A stretch of DNA of 61,203 nt, from NCBI GenBank assembly GCA_004431415.1, contig QPMI01000592.1:1-61203 (forward strand). Reading direction: 5' to 3'. Position numbers and translations under genes: made by a program. Under the pieces are notes generated by a model. It made no database searches and was not told where the DNA came from. It was given only the letters and a program-made list of their open reading frames with translations. The DNA is from Cyanophora paradoxa CCMP329. Its lineage: Eukaryota; Plantae; Glaucophyta. Position 1 is the stretch's first letter, and each line of letters begins with the position of its first letter. Positions 11,522 through 23,844 of the stretch are shown here, in pieces.

Positions 11522-13933
11522 ATGGCTCGCCTTCCGAAGGCTGCTGCTGCTGCCGCCTCAGCTGCAGCGGAGAAGACGGACAGCGTGCTCGAGAAGAAGA
11601 AGTCTGCCGTAGGCGCGTCACCGTCGAAGCCTGAGATCGGCGAGTCAGCCGGCAAGTCACAACTCCCTGACATCGACCCCGAGCTCGAGTCGGAGTCACC
11701 GCCGGTGCCCAGCAAGCCGGTGGGCGGCACGGCGCAGGTTGCGCTGACGGGGTGCGTCTGCATTTAATCGCTCGCCGAGGCGACATGATCCGGAATTTAG
11801 CTGACGGTCAATGCATAAACAGGATGAACGCTGGCGCTCCATCGGAAGGAGCAGCCGCAGCTGCTGCTCCGGAGGCGGGGCCGTCACGCACTTCGAATGG
11901 CGGCTTGTACACTGCTGACGTTGACAAAGTGTACGCAGTCCAAGATTGCGCAAACATTGTTTAAAAAATGTTACGCTGAATTCCGACGCCGCGTAGGTCC
12001 GGAGCTCTCACGGCAAATGGCGCGCCTAAGGAAAATGTGATGCTGTCGTACGTGGTCCACCCCTCATTAGGCCCCATCCGTGATAATCGTCGGAAAATCT
12101 GATATCTTGCAGGCCCGTCAAGAAGATGATCGTGAATGTGGGGCGCACGTTCACGGAAATGAAGGAGGGGAGAGACTTTAATGGCGTCGTGCGGATCGCG
12201 AACATGCACACCATCACTGGAAAGACTGGAGGCGATACCATCCGTGCTACACTGGAAGATGAGGTGCGCAATGACGTTAAGCCGAACGGGGCAGGGACTT
12301 TGCCGTCGGAGCTTACGCAAGGCAGCTTGGGGACAAAGTGCCGCTCCGTATATTCACCGGAGCCATGGTAAAAAATTCGAAGGGAGATACTCTCATCGAT
12401 CAAGTGAACAAAATAACCGAACAACTGAACATGAGCTGCAACACGGACGAAATGGTGAGTTGCACTTTACGTGTTACTCTAACGGGATATATCAGGATAC
12501 TGACAAAGATCACATGAAACAGTACCTGATAATGCAAGCCTCCAAAAATGCTCGGCATCTGGTGAAGGGGACTGCGACTGAAAAGATGGCTTGGCCATTG
12601 ACGCGAGACCGCAATCTGGCCAAGGAGATCCAGATCAACTCTGGTAATGCAGGTCTAATCATATTCGAATCAGTGCATGAGGAGGTCGGTCACTCTTGAT
12701 TTTATTGTTTGTTCGATACCATATACGCACGCCGTGACCAATTCCCGTGCGCTAGGACTCACGTCTCAGCGGGCTTCCCCATAAAATTATGAACATGGAT
12801 CGCACGTCATTCGTCATGATGCGTTACGACATCGTGTCCGATTTCAAGGCCGCCGCAGTGGACTACATGAATGTCAACAAACAGTGCGACTCAAACAGGT
12901 TCAGCGAATGTGCGTCAAATGTAATCTGAAGAAAATGGATAAGATTCCATAGTCGTCATATTGCGCCTTATCTTTATAGCAGACAATGTTCATTGCGTTA
13001 TCAAGGAGGAAGAGGACGGATACGTGTGCATGGATAAGCTTGGATTTAAGGTGTCAGCTCGTTTCGGAGTGAACGCGAAGGTTGATACGCTTGGTGTGCT
13101 GTTCGACAACTACAGCAACGATGGGGTTGCAGACATCATCGTTTCGTTCGCGGAGGTGCGGCAGCTATAACATGGATTTTTACAGAAAGGAATCAGGATT
13201 AACTCGTACGACGTGCGTGCAGTTCAAATTCGAGAGACCCTCCGGCACGCCGACCGAACTGTGGTTTGGCTACTTCTCCGATGTGATGGGGCTTGCGGAA
13301 TACGAGGAGAAAAAGAAGACCCTGCCGGCAGGGTTTGCCACCAAGTCAATCAAAATTCCGGATGTGAATGCTCGCTTGCATGCATCTGTACCGTTCGGAA
13401 ATGCGTCCAACCGACTTGGTGCGAGAGTCCTGCCAATCTGGTTATAGACTGTATACTCATTTCGTACAGCACTTTTCGCCGGTACCGGTGGTAGTGCCCC
13501 GACAGGGAGCGTCCCTCTTCTTGCGGCTGCTGGACAAATGTCTGCACCGATGGGAAGTCCTGTCAAGGTCGGGAATGGGAGCTCAGGAACGGGAGCGAAT
13601 GGGAGCTCAAGCTCGCCGATGGCAGTTTCAGCAATGCACATGCCAATGCAGTCGTGCATGAGCTTGAAGGAAAATCCGTTCGCGGTCACTCGCGAACGCA
13701 CCGGAAGTGAGGCATCTTTCCCAACCGGACTGGTTGAGCGCGAGGTACAGACCTACGCAATCATGCGCAGCTCATACGTCACGTTACAGCTAAGCCTATC
13801 GATGGCGCAGGCAACCATCGCAAAGCGTAAGAAGGGAGGGAACGACAGAGCCAAGACTTCGAAGAAACAGAAAAGCGAAGACGTGGAGGAGGAGGCGGAG
13901 GAGGACGATGACGAAGGCGAGGATGAGAATTAA
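11522..13933 (+). CDS. Hypothetical nuclear protein, roughly 9-10 exons, with basic NLS-like patch and acidic C-terminal tail
   Basis: ATG at 11522 (MARLPKAAAAA...), a regular series of GTGCGT/GTACGC/GTGAGT...AG introns, and C-terminus KRKKGGNDRAKTSKKQKSEDVEEEAEEDDDEGEDEN*. Divergent from the F-box gene across a 161-bp gap. Confidence 0.7.
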
Positions 13934-14291
13934 AGCGAACGATACTCGACACAGCTCCGATCTATTTACTTCCATGGGGGTTTTTAATTTGAGACCATTT
14001 GGCCTGTACAGCAAAGTGGTTCACGGGTAGTAACTGGGTAGCAAGTATGTAAGCAGTGAGAGTGTTTTTGTACAGCAATTCGCGTCACACACGAGATAAA
14101 GAGTGTACTTGAATATAGATACAGTTTCATGCAACAGAAACAGTAGAGCAGTCCATGCTTCCTGGACAAGACATGGAAATCTAGGGGCCTATGGATGGCC
14201 CGGCGCAGAAGGCGCCACGGCATTTGCGATCAGCGGCGAGATTGCGATGATCAGGGGTTGAGATAATGCTAAATTTTCAATTAATATCGCA

Positions 14292-17231
14292 CTAACATAC
14301 ATGTGAACCCGCTACGGAGTACGCTGCGGAAGTCGCAGTAATGGCTCGGGGATGCGAATGAGGGCTGTCGCCCCGCCCCGAGTGCCCACGGCAATCTGAG
14401 GGACGGTCATCGCACAGCGCAAGGGGGTGAGGCTGTCGATGGGCATGTACCAATCCAGGTTGTTTTGGAGAAGCAGCTAGGCAAGTGACGGCATGGACAA
14501 ATATGGGTACAGGATGCGCATCTGGGGAGCCGCTGATGGCATGGGTTCCAAGGTAGGGACGGAGGAGAGCCCGGAGACTGAGCTTGAGGACAGGATGGTC
14601 GAGCTGGCCCAGTGGCAATGTCCAGACGATGTCAGCGGGGCCCGGCGTGAGGTCATAGATAAGGAGGTACTGGCCACCCCTTGAACGGGTGGCGATGACG
14701 AAAAGAGCCCCAGCATTGGCAGAAAGGGCGGACGCATTAAATCGGGCGTACGCCCTGGGCAGCGGAGCAACGTGAACGGCCTCGAGAACCATGGGGCAGA
14801 GCCAGAGCCAGCAGGCATCGGGCGCAGGCGGACGAGCGCGAGGCGATCCTCCAGGGTAACAATCACGAGTTGGGCAAGCCGCCGCTCCTCCTCAGGGTAA
14901 TCTACAGGGGGCAGGCCGAATGGAAGCGGCGGCGGAGGCGGCGGGCCCCGGGGCGCCGCGGCAGCGCCGGTGCCGGCGGCGTGCGCCGCGCTGGGTCGAA
15001 GCCTTGCAAGAAGAAATGCACACCTGCACCCCAACGCTTCAATGGCCGGCGGGGTGAGCGCGGCTTGCACCACCGCGGCGCTTACCCCGGGGACAATGCG
15101 GGCCGTGGAGCCAGGGGTGGCGGTATCCGCGAGATCTAGAGACGCCAGCACTACCGCGCAACCTCATCACAGGCTGCGCTGATCTGGGAGATGAGTGACG
15201 GGCGAACCACAATTCGGTGTGGGTCCATCGGGGGCTGCGCGTTGAGCAACTCGGCGGAGGGCAAAAAGAGTGCCTGGATACATCTGCAGGCCCTCTGGTG
15301 CGTTTGCGGGAGCAGCCCAACAAATGAGGGGGCGGCGTGCACGTTCCAGAGCCAGCAAAGGTGCAGTAGATCCAGCGCCCTTCCGCGGTAGGGTCGTGTG
15401 TAGAGGCGTCCAACGGGGCAGGGCGGAGCGCCGGGATGCCTGGATTTGCCCACCAAGCGGAAGAGGGGGCCCGGCAGACGGTGGGAATAACCGCTGAGAC
15501 AGGCAGAGGGTTCGAGTCGCCGCCAGCAGTGCACTCCACCACCGGCCGCCGGCTCTTCAAGTTCGATATCCTCAAGCGGCCTGTCTGCGCAGGGAGATCA
15601 GGGGACAGCTATTGAGTCGGCACGGCGACAAGGACGGCAGTGCGCCTGGGTGCCAACAATCACGATGTTATTGTCGTGGAGGCTGAAGGTGATGGCGGTC
15701 GGCCACTGGGGGTTATCGCTAGGTCCTTCGGCATCGCCCCTCATCAATCCAAACCGTTCCCAGCGCGCGTGCCGTCCGTACACACTGACCAGGTAGTGTT
15801 ACAGAGCGTACATTCGAGAGTACGGAGGCAGCTCCAGAGAGTGCGTGAACATCAGTGGCACCGCCACGGCCAGAGCACCATGCGCTCCGGTAACCTCGGT
15901 CGACCCTTGCGATTCTCCACCTTCTGATGGCTGCAGCTGAGGTGCCACTGCCGGCGCCGCACCTGCCCCACCTGGAACGGCGCCCACCGCGGCGGCGCCA
16001 AGGGGGGGGGAGGGTGCCACTGCCTCAGCCCCGCCGAGGGCCGCACCAGGGACCGCTCCGCCTGGGCCAGGGGCGTGTGCAGACTGAGGCACGGGGATCA
16101 TTGGCCCACGGGGACAGGCGAGAATTGGTTCCACGTCGAGGTCGATTTCCTGTAGTTAGATTAGAACATAAGCAACGGCAGAGCACCGTGCTGAGCAACG
16201 GCGCACAATGGGGACCATTCCATCAATGTCTAGGGGGCCGGGTGGGGGCGGTTCTTGCTTCGGAGCATCCTTTGGAGCCGGTCGACGCCAGTGGTACTTC
16301 TGCGCTTTTCCGCAGCGATTCAGGCTCGTGACGGAGTCACTAACAGCCGGGCCCGAGAGAGCTGCTGAGCGTGAGGAGCGCGTAGAGACGTAGCGGAGGG
16401 CGAAGCGCACGGCAGATGCCAAAGGAAAAGGCGATAGCAGCGACGGGTGAAGGCCGTGGTTCAACCACCTGAGGCAGGACGCGAACCACCTGTAGATTTC
16501 AAATGAAAGATCCGCCTTCCGATGAGGGCGTGCTCACAAATGAATAGGGAGGGATGTCCGCCATCGCCGTTAACGTTGCAGACGGCGCAACGTCGGTCGT
16601 AAGGGAGCTTGAAGAAGTTGAGTACTGACATTGGGCGTTCTGCGCATGAGTTGGTGCCTGCAGACGAACAGGCAGTCACACTTGATCTTGAGCGGGAAGG
16701 GATAACCGATGATGAATTCGAGGGCGGGGCTCCATCGCTGGCGGGGGAGCTTGCATGGAATGGAGCGGGTATTGAAGATTGGCATTGACCGGGACGCAAT
16801 GGGGCCGACAATTGCAAGTGCGATAGCTCTGGATCATACGTATCGGTTTCTGAGCTCGAGCCGGGACTATCGACAAGCTCGACGAGCTCCACATTGCCGC
16901 TTGCGGGCGGTGACGTCGACGTCGGCAACTCTACGATGTGCTTCCGCTTCTTCCGGCTTTCCATCATGACTTGCGCACTTGCACCGGCTTCAGTCTGCGT
17001 TCCCTGGTCAACCCTGTGCATGCCTCTCGGATGCAGGCAAAAGTGGGGACGCTGATGCTGCTGGCGCACACTGATAGCGGCGGACTGCACCTGAACTGGA
17101 CCGATCTCTTGCCGTGTGGCTGATTCGAACTGCGCATGAACGTCTGCGAGTTCAGCTTGTGCTCTGCCAAGTGCTGCTTCTGCTAGTTCGACCCTAGCCT
17201 GTGCCTCCGCCAATTTGCGGCCAAGATCCAC
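14292..17231 (-). CDS. Coiled-coil + degenerate PHD-like finger + WD40/beta-propeller-like protein; further 5' exons likely
   Basis: LAEAQARVELAEAALGRAQAELADV coiled coil; spliced CAVC..LFIC...RCGKAQKYHW...RRCSARC; propeller-like blades TAITFSLHDNNIVIVGT..GRLRISNL and FNASALSANAGALFVIATRSRGGQYLLIYDL. Confidence 0.45.
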
Positions 17232-17495
17232 GACTGTTTCACCTGCAGTGCGTTCGAAAGCATACGTTGATGCAGCCTAAGGCGGCGGACCTCGTCCAGG
17301 CGCCGACATGGGCAGATCTCCCTAGCTCGCACGCTGAAACGGGTACATAAATCATTCACATCCCATGCGTTTATATGAGGCCCTCGGCAGTGACCCAGAT
17401 CAAATGATCGCCGAACCAGGCTTAGGCGAGCGTCGAGTAGCACTGTTAAATAGCAGGACACTTGGTAAGTATGTCATCACTAATCATGGCCACTG

Positions 17496-19474
17496 TCAGG
17501 CTACTACATGTACGTCAACCGGAGTCCAGATCGCAGGAGATCTAGAGGCCGAGGGGCCAGCCGACCAAGGCGGTGGATTGTGGCGAGAGCGTTGCGCAGG
17601 CCTTAAAGGACATGCGTCGCACTGTAGAGCGTACTGACACCACGCGCACTTATATCCGGCCTCCACGTCCGGCACACCTGCCGCGGCGCCTGTCCGTAAA
17701 ACAAGCACGCCCGGCACAAGAGGTGCATGCGCACCGTATGCAGGGCGATCCCCATCCCAGTATGCTGCAAGATCTACCAGCAACGTTGACAGCCATATTG
17801 GATTGTATATGCATCCCTCCTCGGCAATGAGACTCCCATCCTGTTGCCACTGCGCAATTTCATATCAGGACGGGCGACGATAGATATAAACAGGGAGAAG
17901 AGGACATCACATGGTAGCGGACACGGAGGTCGATATCAGAAAGTGGTACGTAGTTGAGGGCGTTACGTGCAAGGATAGAAAGACTTGATAGGTCAAATGA
18001 TTTAGGCACAATGCCAATCGACAAGGCATGGTCCCTCAGGGCAGGACATAGTTGCACCTGCACCATTTCAATGGGCAAGGGATGATTATGTGATTAATTA
18101 TAAGGACATGGCACGGGGTAGTGAGGCGCACCTCAGAGTCGAGACCCATGTCGCGGCAGAAAGATGACCAGTTAAATGCAGTAATCTCGAGGTATTGGGA
18201 GGATGTTGCAGGGACCGCAGCCGACTGTAATACGGTCACTAACACATACACAGATGGATATATCATGTGCGTTGCCCCCCAGAACATCCGGAACAAATGA
18301 GCATAAACGGCATGTATGGGGCAGAAACGGAAGAGAGGGTGCACCAGGCTTGGCAGACGAAGTACAAACTGCGTTAACGTGGTCTCTGTGTGGCTTATCA
18401 GTGCACTAATCTTTCGGCAGGGCGCATGTATAAACTGAGGGGGTCAGGGAGAGGGCCGTAAGCACCGTCTCCGGAGGCGCACAGGTCTCAGCTTTGAACT
18501 CAAGTCCGGAGCAGGTAAGGGTGTGCCGGAGACCCCTATAGAAGAAAGTACAAGACCGTCAAAGAGGCACTTGTACAGTGAGAGTTGGAGGCGCGTTTGC
18601 TCCTTCTGTAACTCCCGCGGTACAGTACGCAGTGCTCGCGTTTTGTGATCGACGATGATTACACGTCCTCTTTCGCGGTCCTGCGTAGGGGGTGGGCGCC
18701 GGCAACGGAAAGCCAAAATAAGCGAACCAGCCGGATCTCGTCAATTATACCAATTAGGAGGAAACCACCAACATAACCAAACACTGGCATTTCCCTCGTC
18801 TGCGATTGCATAGAATGAGTGTACGGACAACCTTGAAATGTCACCAGGGTCGAATGACTACGTACAATGCCCGCCGTGGCAAGCTCTTGCAGGCAAGCGA
18901 TGAAGTTCAATAGTCGCACAGCATGTAGGTCTTCAGCAGTCTGCGTACGGTTGAAACCGTTAATGTAACATTGTAAGTATGGATACAGCAGAGTCGTGCT
19001 GAATGGTTTTCACACCTCAACGTCAATATCGACGAACGTGTGCAGCTCTGCCTCCAGGGTTTCGTGTCTTCGAGAGCCTTCCTTCATTGCCGCTGTTTGA
19101 ATGGGTCGCTCTCCGGTGGTCAGAGCCAGTTCTACTGCCCTTTCACACCACAGCTGCGAAAAACACATAAAATCATCTACAGAGGTGATTACCACTTGCA
19201 AATAAAGACTGAATGCACAAGACCAGTGAGACGCCTAGCGCACCTGAGAGCACAGCTGTGTGACAGAGAAGTAGACCTTCTTGAATCTCTTCCGGGGAGG
19301 ATCGGTAGGAAAGAGGTCCTCAATGTCGTTATTTGCGAATTCGTGGGTAGTACTGCATGAACTTCCGAAAGCATGCGTGTTTATTACACGGCGATTCGCA
19401 GCGGCCGCAGTCAGTGCTGCTTCTATCTCCGCCATCTCTTCATCTCCCACGATCTCCACTTCGATGTGAGACAT
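17496..19474 (-). CDS. EXO5: Exonuclease V (EXO5/Dem1 family, PD-(D/E)XK Fe-S nuclease), multi-exon
   Basis: FSVTQLCSQ|LWCE, MKEGSRRHETLEAELH, TAEDLHAVRLLNFI..LQEL, TREMPVFG..GIIDEI, IVDHKTR, RLQLSLYK, YWDGDR..G|VPDVEAGYKCAWCQYALQC. All four Fe-S cysteines are present. Confidence 0.92.
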
Positions 19475-19859
19475 TACACGGACACTGCATGCAGAAGACA
19501 TGATTACTGGATTTTAGGGTGTGGGCAGGGACATAAGCAGGAGTTTGGCACGTGACCTAGAACTCATAGGCGGACGTGAGAAAACTAGGTGGTCCCCCAA
19601 GATAGCGCATCACGGATAAGACTAGTGGCACACAGGTGAAAGCAACAACGTATAAGCGATAGCAGCGGCGGAGGCAGCGGATGATGAAAGATGGAGCAGA
19701 ATCACGAAGACCCAACCTGACGGAGATCAGGACGTCAGCGATTTGTGTCTATCTTGAGATCTAGAGCAGGGCTCAGCCTGAACGCTAACCGCAGCGGTGA
19801 GGGCCAGAGGAACAGACGAAGAATTCCGGATGAGTTCTACGCAGCCGCCGGCAAGAACG

Positions 19860-20530
19860 GAGCGCGGTAACAGGTGAGCAGTCGGCCAAAGAAGCGGCCG
19901 GCGGGGGGCAGAGCGTGTTAAGAGGTAAGCAGTAAATGTAGGCTAAAGCAGCGGGCGGCGAGGATGGTACGTCTTAATCGGTGAGGGCTAGTCGAAAATA
20001 GAGGCCGGCGGAGCGGAGCGTGTTTAGCAGGCCAAAGCGAAGGCAATCGGCGGCGGCGGAGCGGCCGGCAGGAGAGGAGCACGCTAAGCATTCCGAGACT
20101 GCGGCCGGCGAGGGCGGAGCGTGTTAACCGGTAGAGGCGACCTAAACGTCGAAGCAGCAGCCGGCGAGGCCGGAGCTTGTTAACCGGTAAGAGCTAGCTA
20201 TACGCCGAAGCAGCAGCCGGCGAGGTCGGAGCTTGATAACCGGCAAGGGCTAGCTGTACGCCGAATCAGCAGCCGGTGAGGACGGAGCGGGATAAGCGGC
20301 AAAGGCTAGGGCAAAACGGCCGGCTGGAACGGAGCGCCGGCTGGAACGGAGGCCAGTGCAGCGGCTGGCTGGAACGGAGCGCGGCCGGCTAGAACGGAGT
20401 GCGGCCGGCGGAGCGAGCAAGTTTAGGCCAGTGCAGCGGCCGGCTGGAACGGAGCGCGGCCGGCGGAGCGCAGGCCAAATCAGTGGCCGGGGCCGGCGGC
20501 CCGGAGTGGCTTAAGCAGGCCGAATCAAAC
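19860..20530 (+). repeat. Degenerate tandem repeat array (about 60-bp and shorter units)
   Basis: Recurrent GCCGAAGCAGCAGCCGGCGAGG.CGGAGCTTG.TAACCGG and GGCTGGAACGGAGCG units. Confidence 0.8.
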
Positions 20531-20619
20531 AAGAGCAGGATGCGAGGTCACCTGCCTATGTCATCGGCGCACCTGCGAACTTGCGTCGAGCCGATCGAAA
20601 GGATGGTGGAGACTTGAAA

Positions 20620-20678
20620 GGGGTACAGGCTCATTGCTAAACGACCGTGGGCCACGGTCGTTCGGCAGACATGGGTAC
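20620..20678. other. Structured motif copy 1: GGGGTAC-N13-palindrome-CG-N8-GGGTAC
   Basis: Perfect inverted repeat AACGACCGTGG-G-CCACGGTCGTT at 20640-20662; GGGGTAC at 20620-20626; GGGTAC at 20673-20678. Confidence 0.9.
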
Positions 20679-20914
20679 CGAATAATCAACGCGGCAGGCG
20701 GGCTAGCCTAGTAGTACGATTAAATGACAAAGAGTTAAACTGAGCGTTCAAGCACAGCATACCGCAATCACGGTCATGCACGAATGCGCGCGTTCAAGCA
20801 TGGTATTCGCAAACTCCCGGAGCCAAACAAGAGCAGGCTGCGCGCGTTCATGATCAAGCATGGTAGTCGCAAGTTCCCGCGCCGGAGCTCCGACGTCGAC
20901 GTGCCTGACACTAA

Positions 20915-22295
20915 GGGCGCTGGTCAGAGAGATGGAGACCTAAGGGAGGGGTGGGGTGCTTGAGGGTGGCGGCGACTGAGGGTGGCGGGGAGCTCGAGGG
21001 CGGCGAGGTGGAACAATGAGAATACGAGACGGGGTGAAAAAAAGGGACTTTCGCAGCACAGCGAACAGTAGTAGGGGGGCATATAGAGAACGGACGGATA
21101 GACTACTGAGGGGGGGGGAGGGGGGGCGATCTTAAAATTACGGGCGGCTGGTCAGAGAAATGGAGACCTAAGGCAGATGCAGGGGTGGTGCCCTAAAGGG
21201 TGGCGGCGACTGAGGGCGGCGGAGAGCACGAGGCTGGCGGGGCGGAGCAACGAGGACCTGAGACGGGGTGACCAGGGGGACTTTCATACCACAGAGGGTG
21301 ATGATATGACACAGGGCGGCGGGTCAGAGCGATGGAGACCTTTTTTTTTGCAAGAGCCCAACCGGGCAATGTTCGTATTAAGGACAACAACAGCCGCCCC
21401 GTCGCTTGCATCGACTGGGGGGGGCGCCTAGGCTAGCTCTGAGGCTCTGCGGAATAGAGGGAAGACGTCCTGCTATCTTATCCTAGCTGTGAGCTATCGA
21501 TCTGCGGCTTGAGGAGGGCCTGATGCGCTGGTGTCCTTGGTCCTGTGGAAAAGGAGGGAAGGGGAAGGCGAGGCGCACGGGGTGCGGGAGGTCGGCAGGG
21601 GCGAGGCGTAGGGAGGGGGAGAAGGGCAGGGAGTGGGGTACACGGAGCGCTGGAGGGTGGCGGGAGTGAGGCGTTCGAATCGGGAAGCTGAGGGGCGCGC
21701 GGGCGGGAAGGGTGACGGGCCGGGAGCGGGGCAAGGCGCTGGAGCCGGAGGGCGGGGGCGGGATGCTGGAGCAGGAGGGTGGGGGCAGGGCGCTGGACCG
21801 GAGGGCGGGGGTGGGGCGTTGGAGACGGAGGGCGGGGGCGGGGCGCTGGAGCTGGAGGACAGGGGCTGGGCGCTGGAGGCGGGGGCGGGGGCGGGGCGCT
21901 GGAGCTGGAGGAGCGATGGAGACCTATATAGCTAAGGGAGGGTGGAGCGCTTGAGGGTGGCGTGCGGCGACTGAGGGTGGTGGGGAGCTCGAGGGCGGCA
22001 GGGCGGAGACAGGGTGACAGAGGGGACTTTCACAACACAACGAACAATAGCAGGGGAGCATATAGAGTACGGTTGGCTAGACTACCGAGGGGGTGGCGAT
22101 CTTAAAATTACGGGTGGTGGGTCAGAGCGATGGAGACCTAAGGGAGGGGTGGTGCCCAAAAGGGTGGCGGCGACTGAGGGCAGCGGAGAGCACGACAGCG
22201 GCGGGACGGAGCAAGCTAAGGGGAGCCTGAGACGGGGTGGGAAGGGGGACTCTCACAGCACAACGAACAGTAGCAGGGGAGCAAATAGAGTATGA
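20915..22295 (+). repeat. About 220-bp repeat units in two clusters around a G-rich ~24-bp minisatellite (21735-21910)
   Basis: GATGGAGACCT(AAGG)-like unit marker at about 20931, 21160, 21331, 21915 and 22130; GGGGCGCTGGAG-core tandem units in the middle. Confidence 0.85.
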
Positions 22296-22303
22296 TACGT
22301 AGA

Positions 22304-23020
22304 TTACAAGACACAGAGACACTGCTGCAGATGAGGGAGTGCAATGCGAACTAGTTCATGTACAGGTAGTCTAGCATCGAGCCGTACAATCGGAATTCGA
22401 CGCTGGTCTTCCAGCTCATTAAGCCACTCAGCATACAATTTTGACAAGCCTGGAATAGTCCGGATGGTCTCTTGTGAATCTCCCCGACTGCATGCACGAC
22501 GCTGACAGAGCTCACTTGACGCATCCAGATATACTATCATAATCGGATCGGGAAACGCAAGACAAGCATACGTTTCTTGAAGCAAGTCGCGCTCGTGAAG
22601 GGTGAGATTGCCACGAGCGTGCCAGTAGGATGAGAAGATAGTATTTGAAGAATAATGACATCGCTCGACCAGGCCGATGATCGGAGGACTGCCAGTGCTA
22701 ACGCTAGCGCTGTTGGCAATCGATAATTGGCGAAGGTGATCAGCATGAGACAGTAACGCTCGAAGCTGCATGCCAAGTACAGCGCCTGGTCTAGGGCCAC
22801 CAGGCGCAAAAATACCGTCCAACCACGGCTGCCAAATATGCAGAGGCTCCGGGAATACACGAAACTGGGAGTGGCAGTTTGCTTCGACGGCTGCAGAAAC
22901 TAGCTCTGCAATGAGCGTGCTTTTACCAGCTCCCGGCGGCGCTTCGAACGATACATATGGACGCGCTGTTGCAGGCACCGGTCGGCGTACTGTGAGCGGG
23001 AAATCTACTAACGACTGCAT
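22304..23020 (-). CDS. Deoxynucleoside kinase (dNK family), intronless
   Basis: P-loop YVSFEAPPGAGKSTLI, then FPEPLHIW, MQL, LVERCHYSSNTIF, G.L...E..L, PDPIMIVYLDASSELCQRRACSRG, LSKLYAEWL, RLDA. Start taken at MQSLVD (23020). Confidence 0.9.
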   Translation of the reverse strand: MQSLVDFPLTVRRPVPATARPYVSFEAPPGAGKSTLIAELVSAAVEANCHSQFRVFPEPLHIWQPWLDGIFAPGGPRPGAVLGMQLRALLSHADHLRQLSIANSASVSTGSPPIIGLVERCHYSSNTIFSSYWHARGNLTLHERDLLQETYACLAFPDPIMIVYLDASSELCQRRACSRGDSQETIRTIPGLSKLYAEWLNELEDQRRIPIVRLDARLPVHELVRIALPHLQQCLCVL

Positions 23021-23242
23021 GGACTTAGGGTGAGAAGCAGACGAAAAAAGTGAACAGGGGTACAGGCAAAACATGGACACGTGCACATAGAAGATAGTCG
23101 CAAGCACAGCACTAGTACGCAAGCAGCGAACGCGCGTTGCAGTGCGGAACTGAATCTGAGCAGTACCGAAATAACGTCGCTGGCAAATTTCGCGGAGTGC
23201 AGCCGGTGTCACGCAGCGCACTCTGACAGGTCGGCACGTCCT

Positions 23243-23786
23243 ATGTCTGCCGGTCGCACGCTTAGTCAGTTGCAGGTCATCGACTTCAAAGTCCGGTACC
23301 CTGAATTCATAAAGGAGCAAGGGGTGCCACCCAACAAACCGGATGTGCGCTTCCCTTACCAGCTACTTCGCGCCACTGCCTCAGCGGTTGGCTGCAGCTG
23401 CTCATTATAACACGATGATTCACGAGGGGAACGAGGTCCAGCTGTTCATGACCATGTCGCCAACTACTACGTATTGGGAGCAGCTACTCGGCCTGCATGC
23501 AAACGGAATCGCGGAGAAATTGCCAGATACGGATACGGCTATAACCACATTCGACGGGAGTGGTGTCGCGACCTCTTTCCAGCAAGATCAGTACCAACTG
23601 ATCACTGCAGCTGTACCAGTCGCAGCACACGAGGACAGTGAGGATGATATGCCAGCACTGGAAATCGGCATGCCACACTTTTACATAGGGATCAACGCCA
23701 TTTCCGCCGCGACCGATCCTCCAGCAGTATACTCTCATGAGCATTCGTTGATCTGGCTAGTAGGGGCGGTGCGGCGTGAAGAATAA
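23243..23786 (+). CDS. Hypothetical protein between dNK and RepHel; 5' end uncertain
   Basis: VIDFKVRYPEFIKEQGVPPNKPD joins RLAAAAHYNT... in frame through a ~40-nt GT-AG intron; an AATAAA-like signal overlaps the stop. Confidence 0.5.
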
Positions 23787-23844
23787 AAATTCGATCGATT
23801 AAATGGACATATCGCTAAACGAGGGCATCATAGTCATATCTATT

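Noticed and set aside
11522-13933. Viral capsid protein call
   Set aside because: No recognisable capsid motif; the fold cannot be assigned by eye.
21394-21436. Imperfect GC hairpin plus CTAG as a Helitron terminus
   Set aside because: Imperfect stem in G-rich sequence and wrong orientation for this RepHel.
22304-23320. Full 338-aa dNK ORF
   Set aside because: The first ~100 codons start at a non-ATG codon, lack kinase features and overlap the divergent gene.
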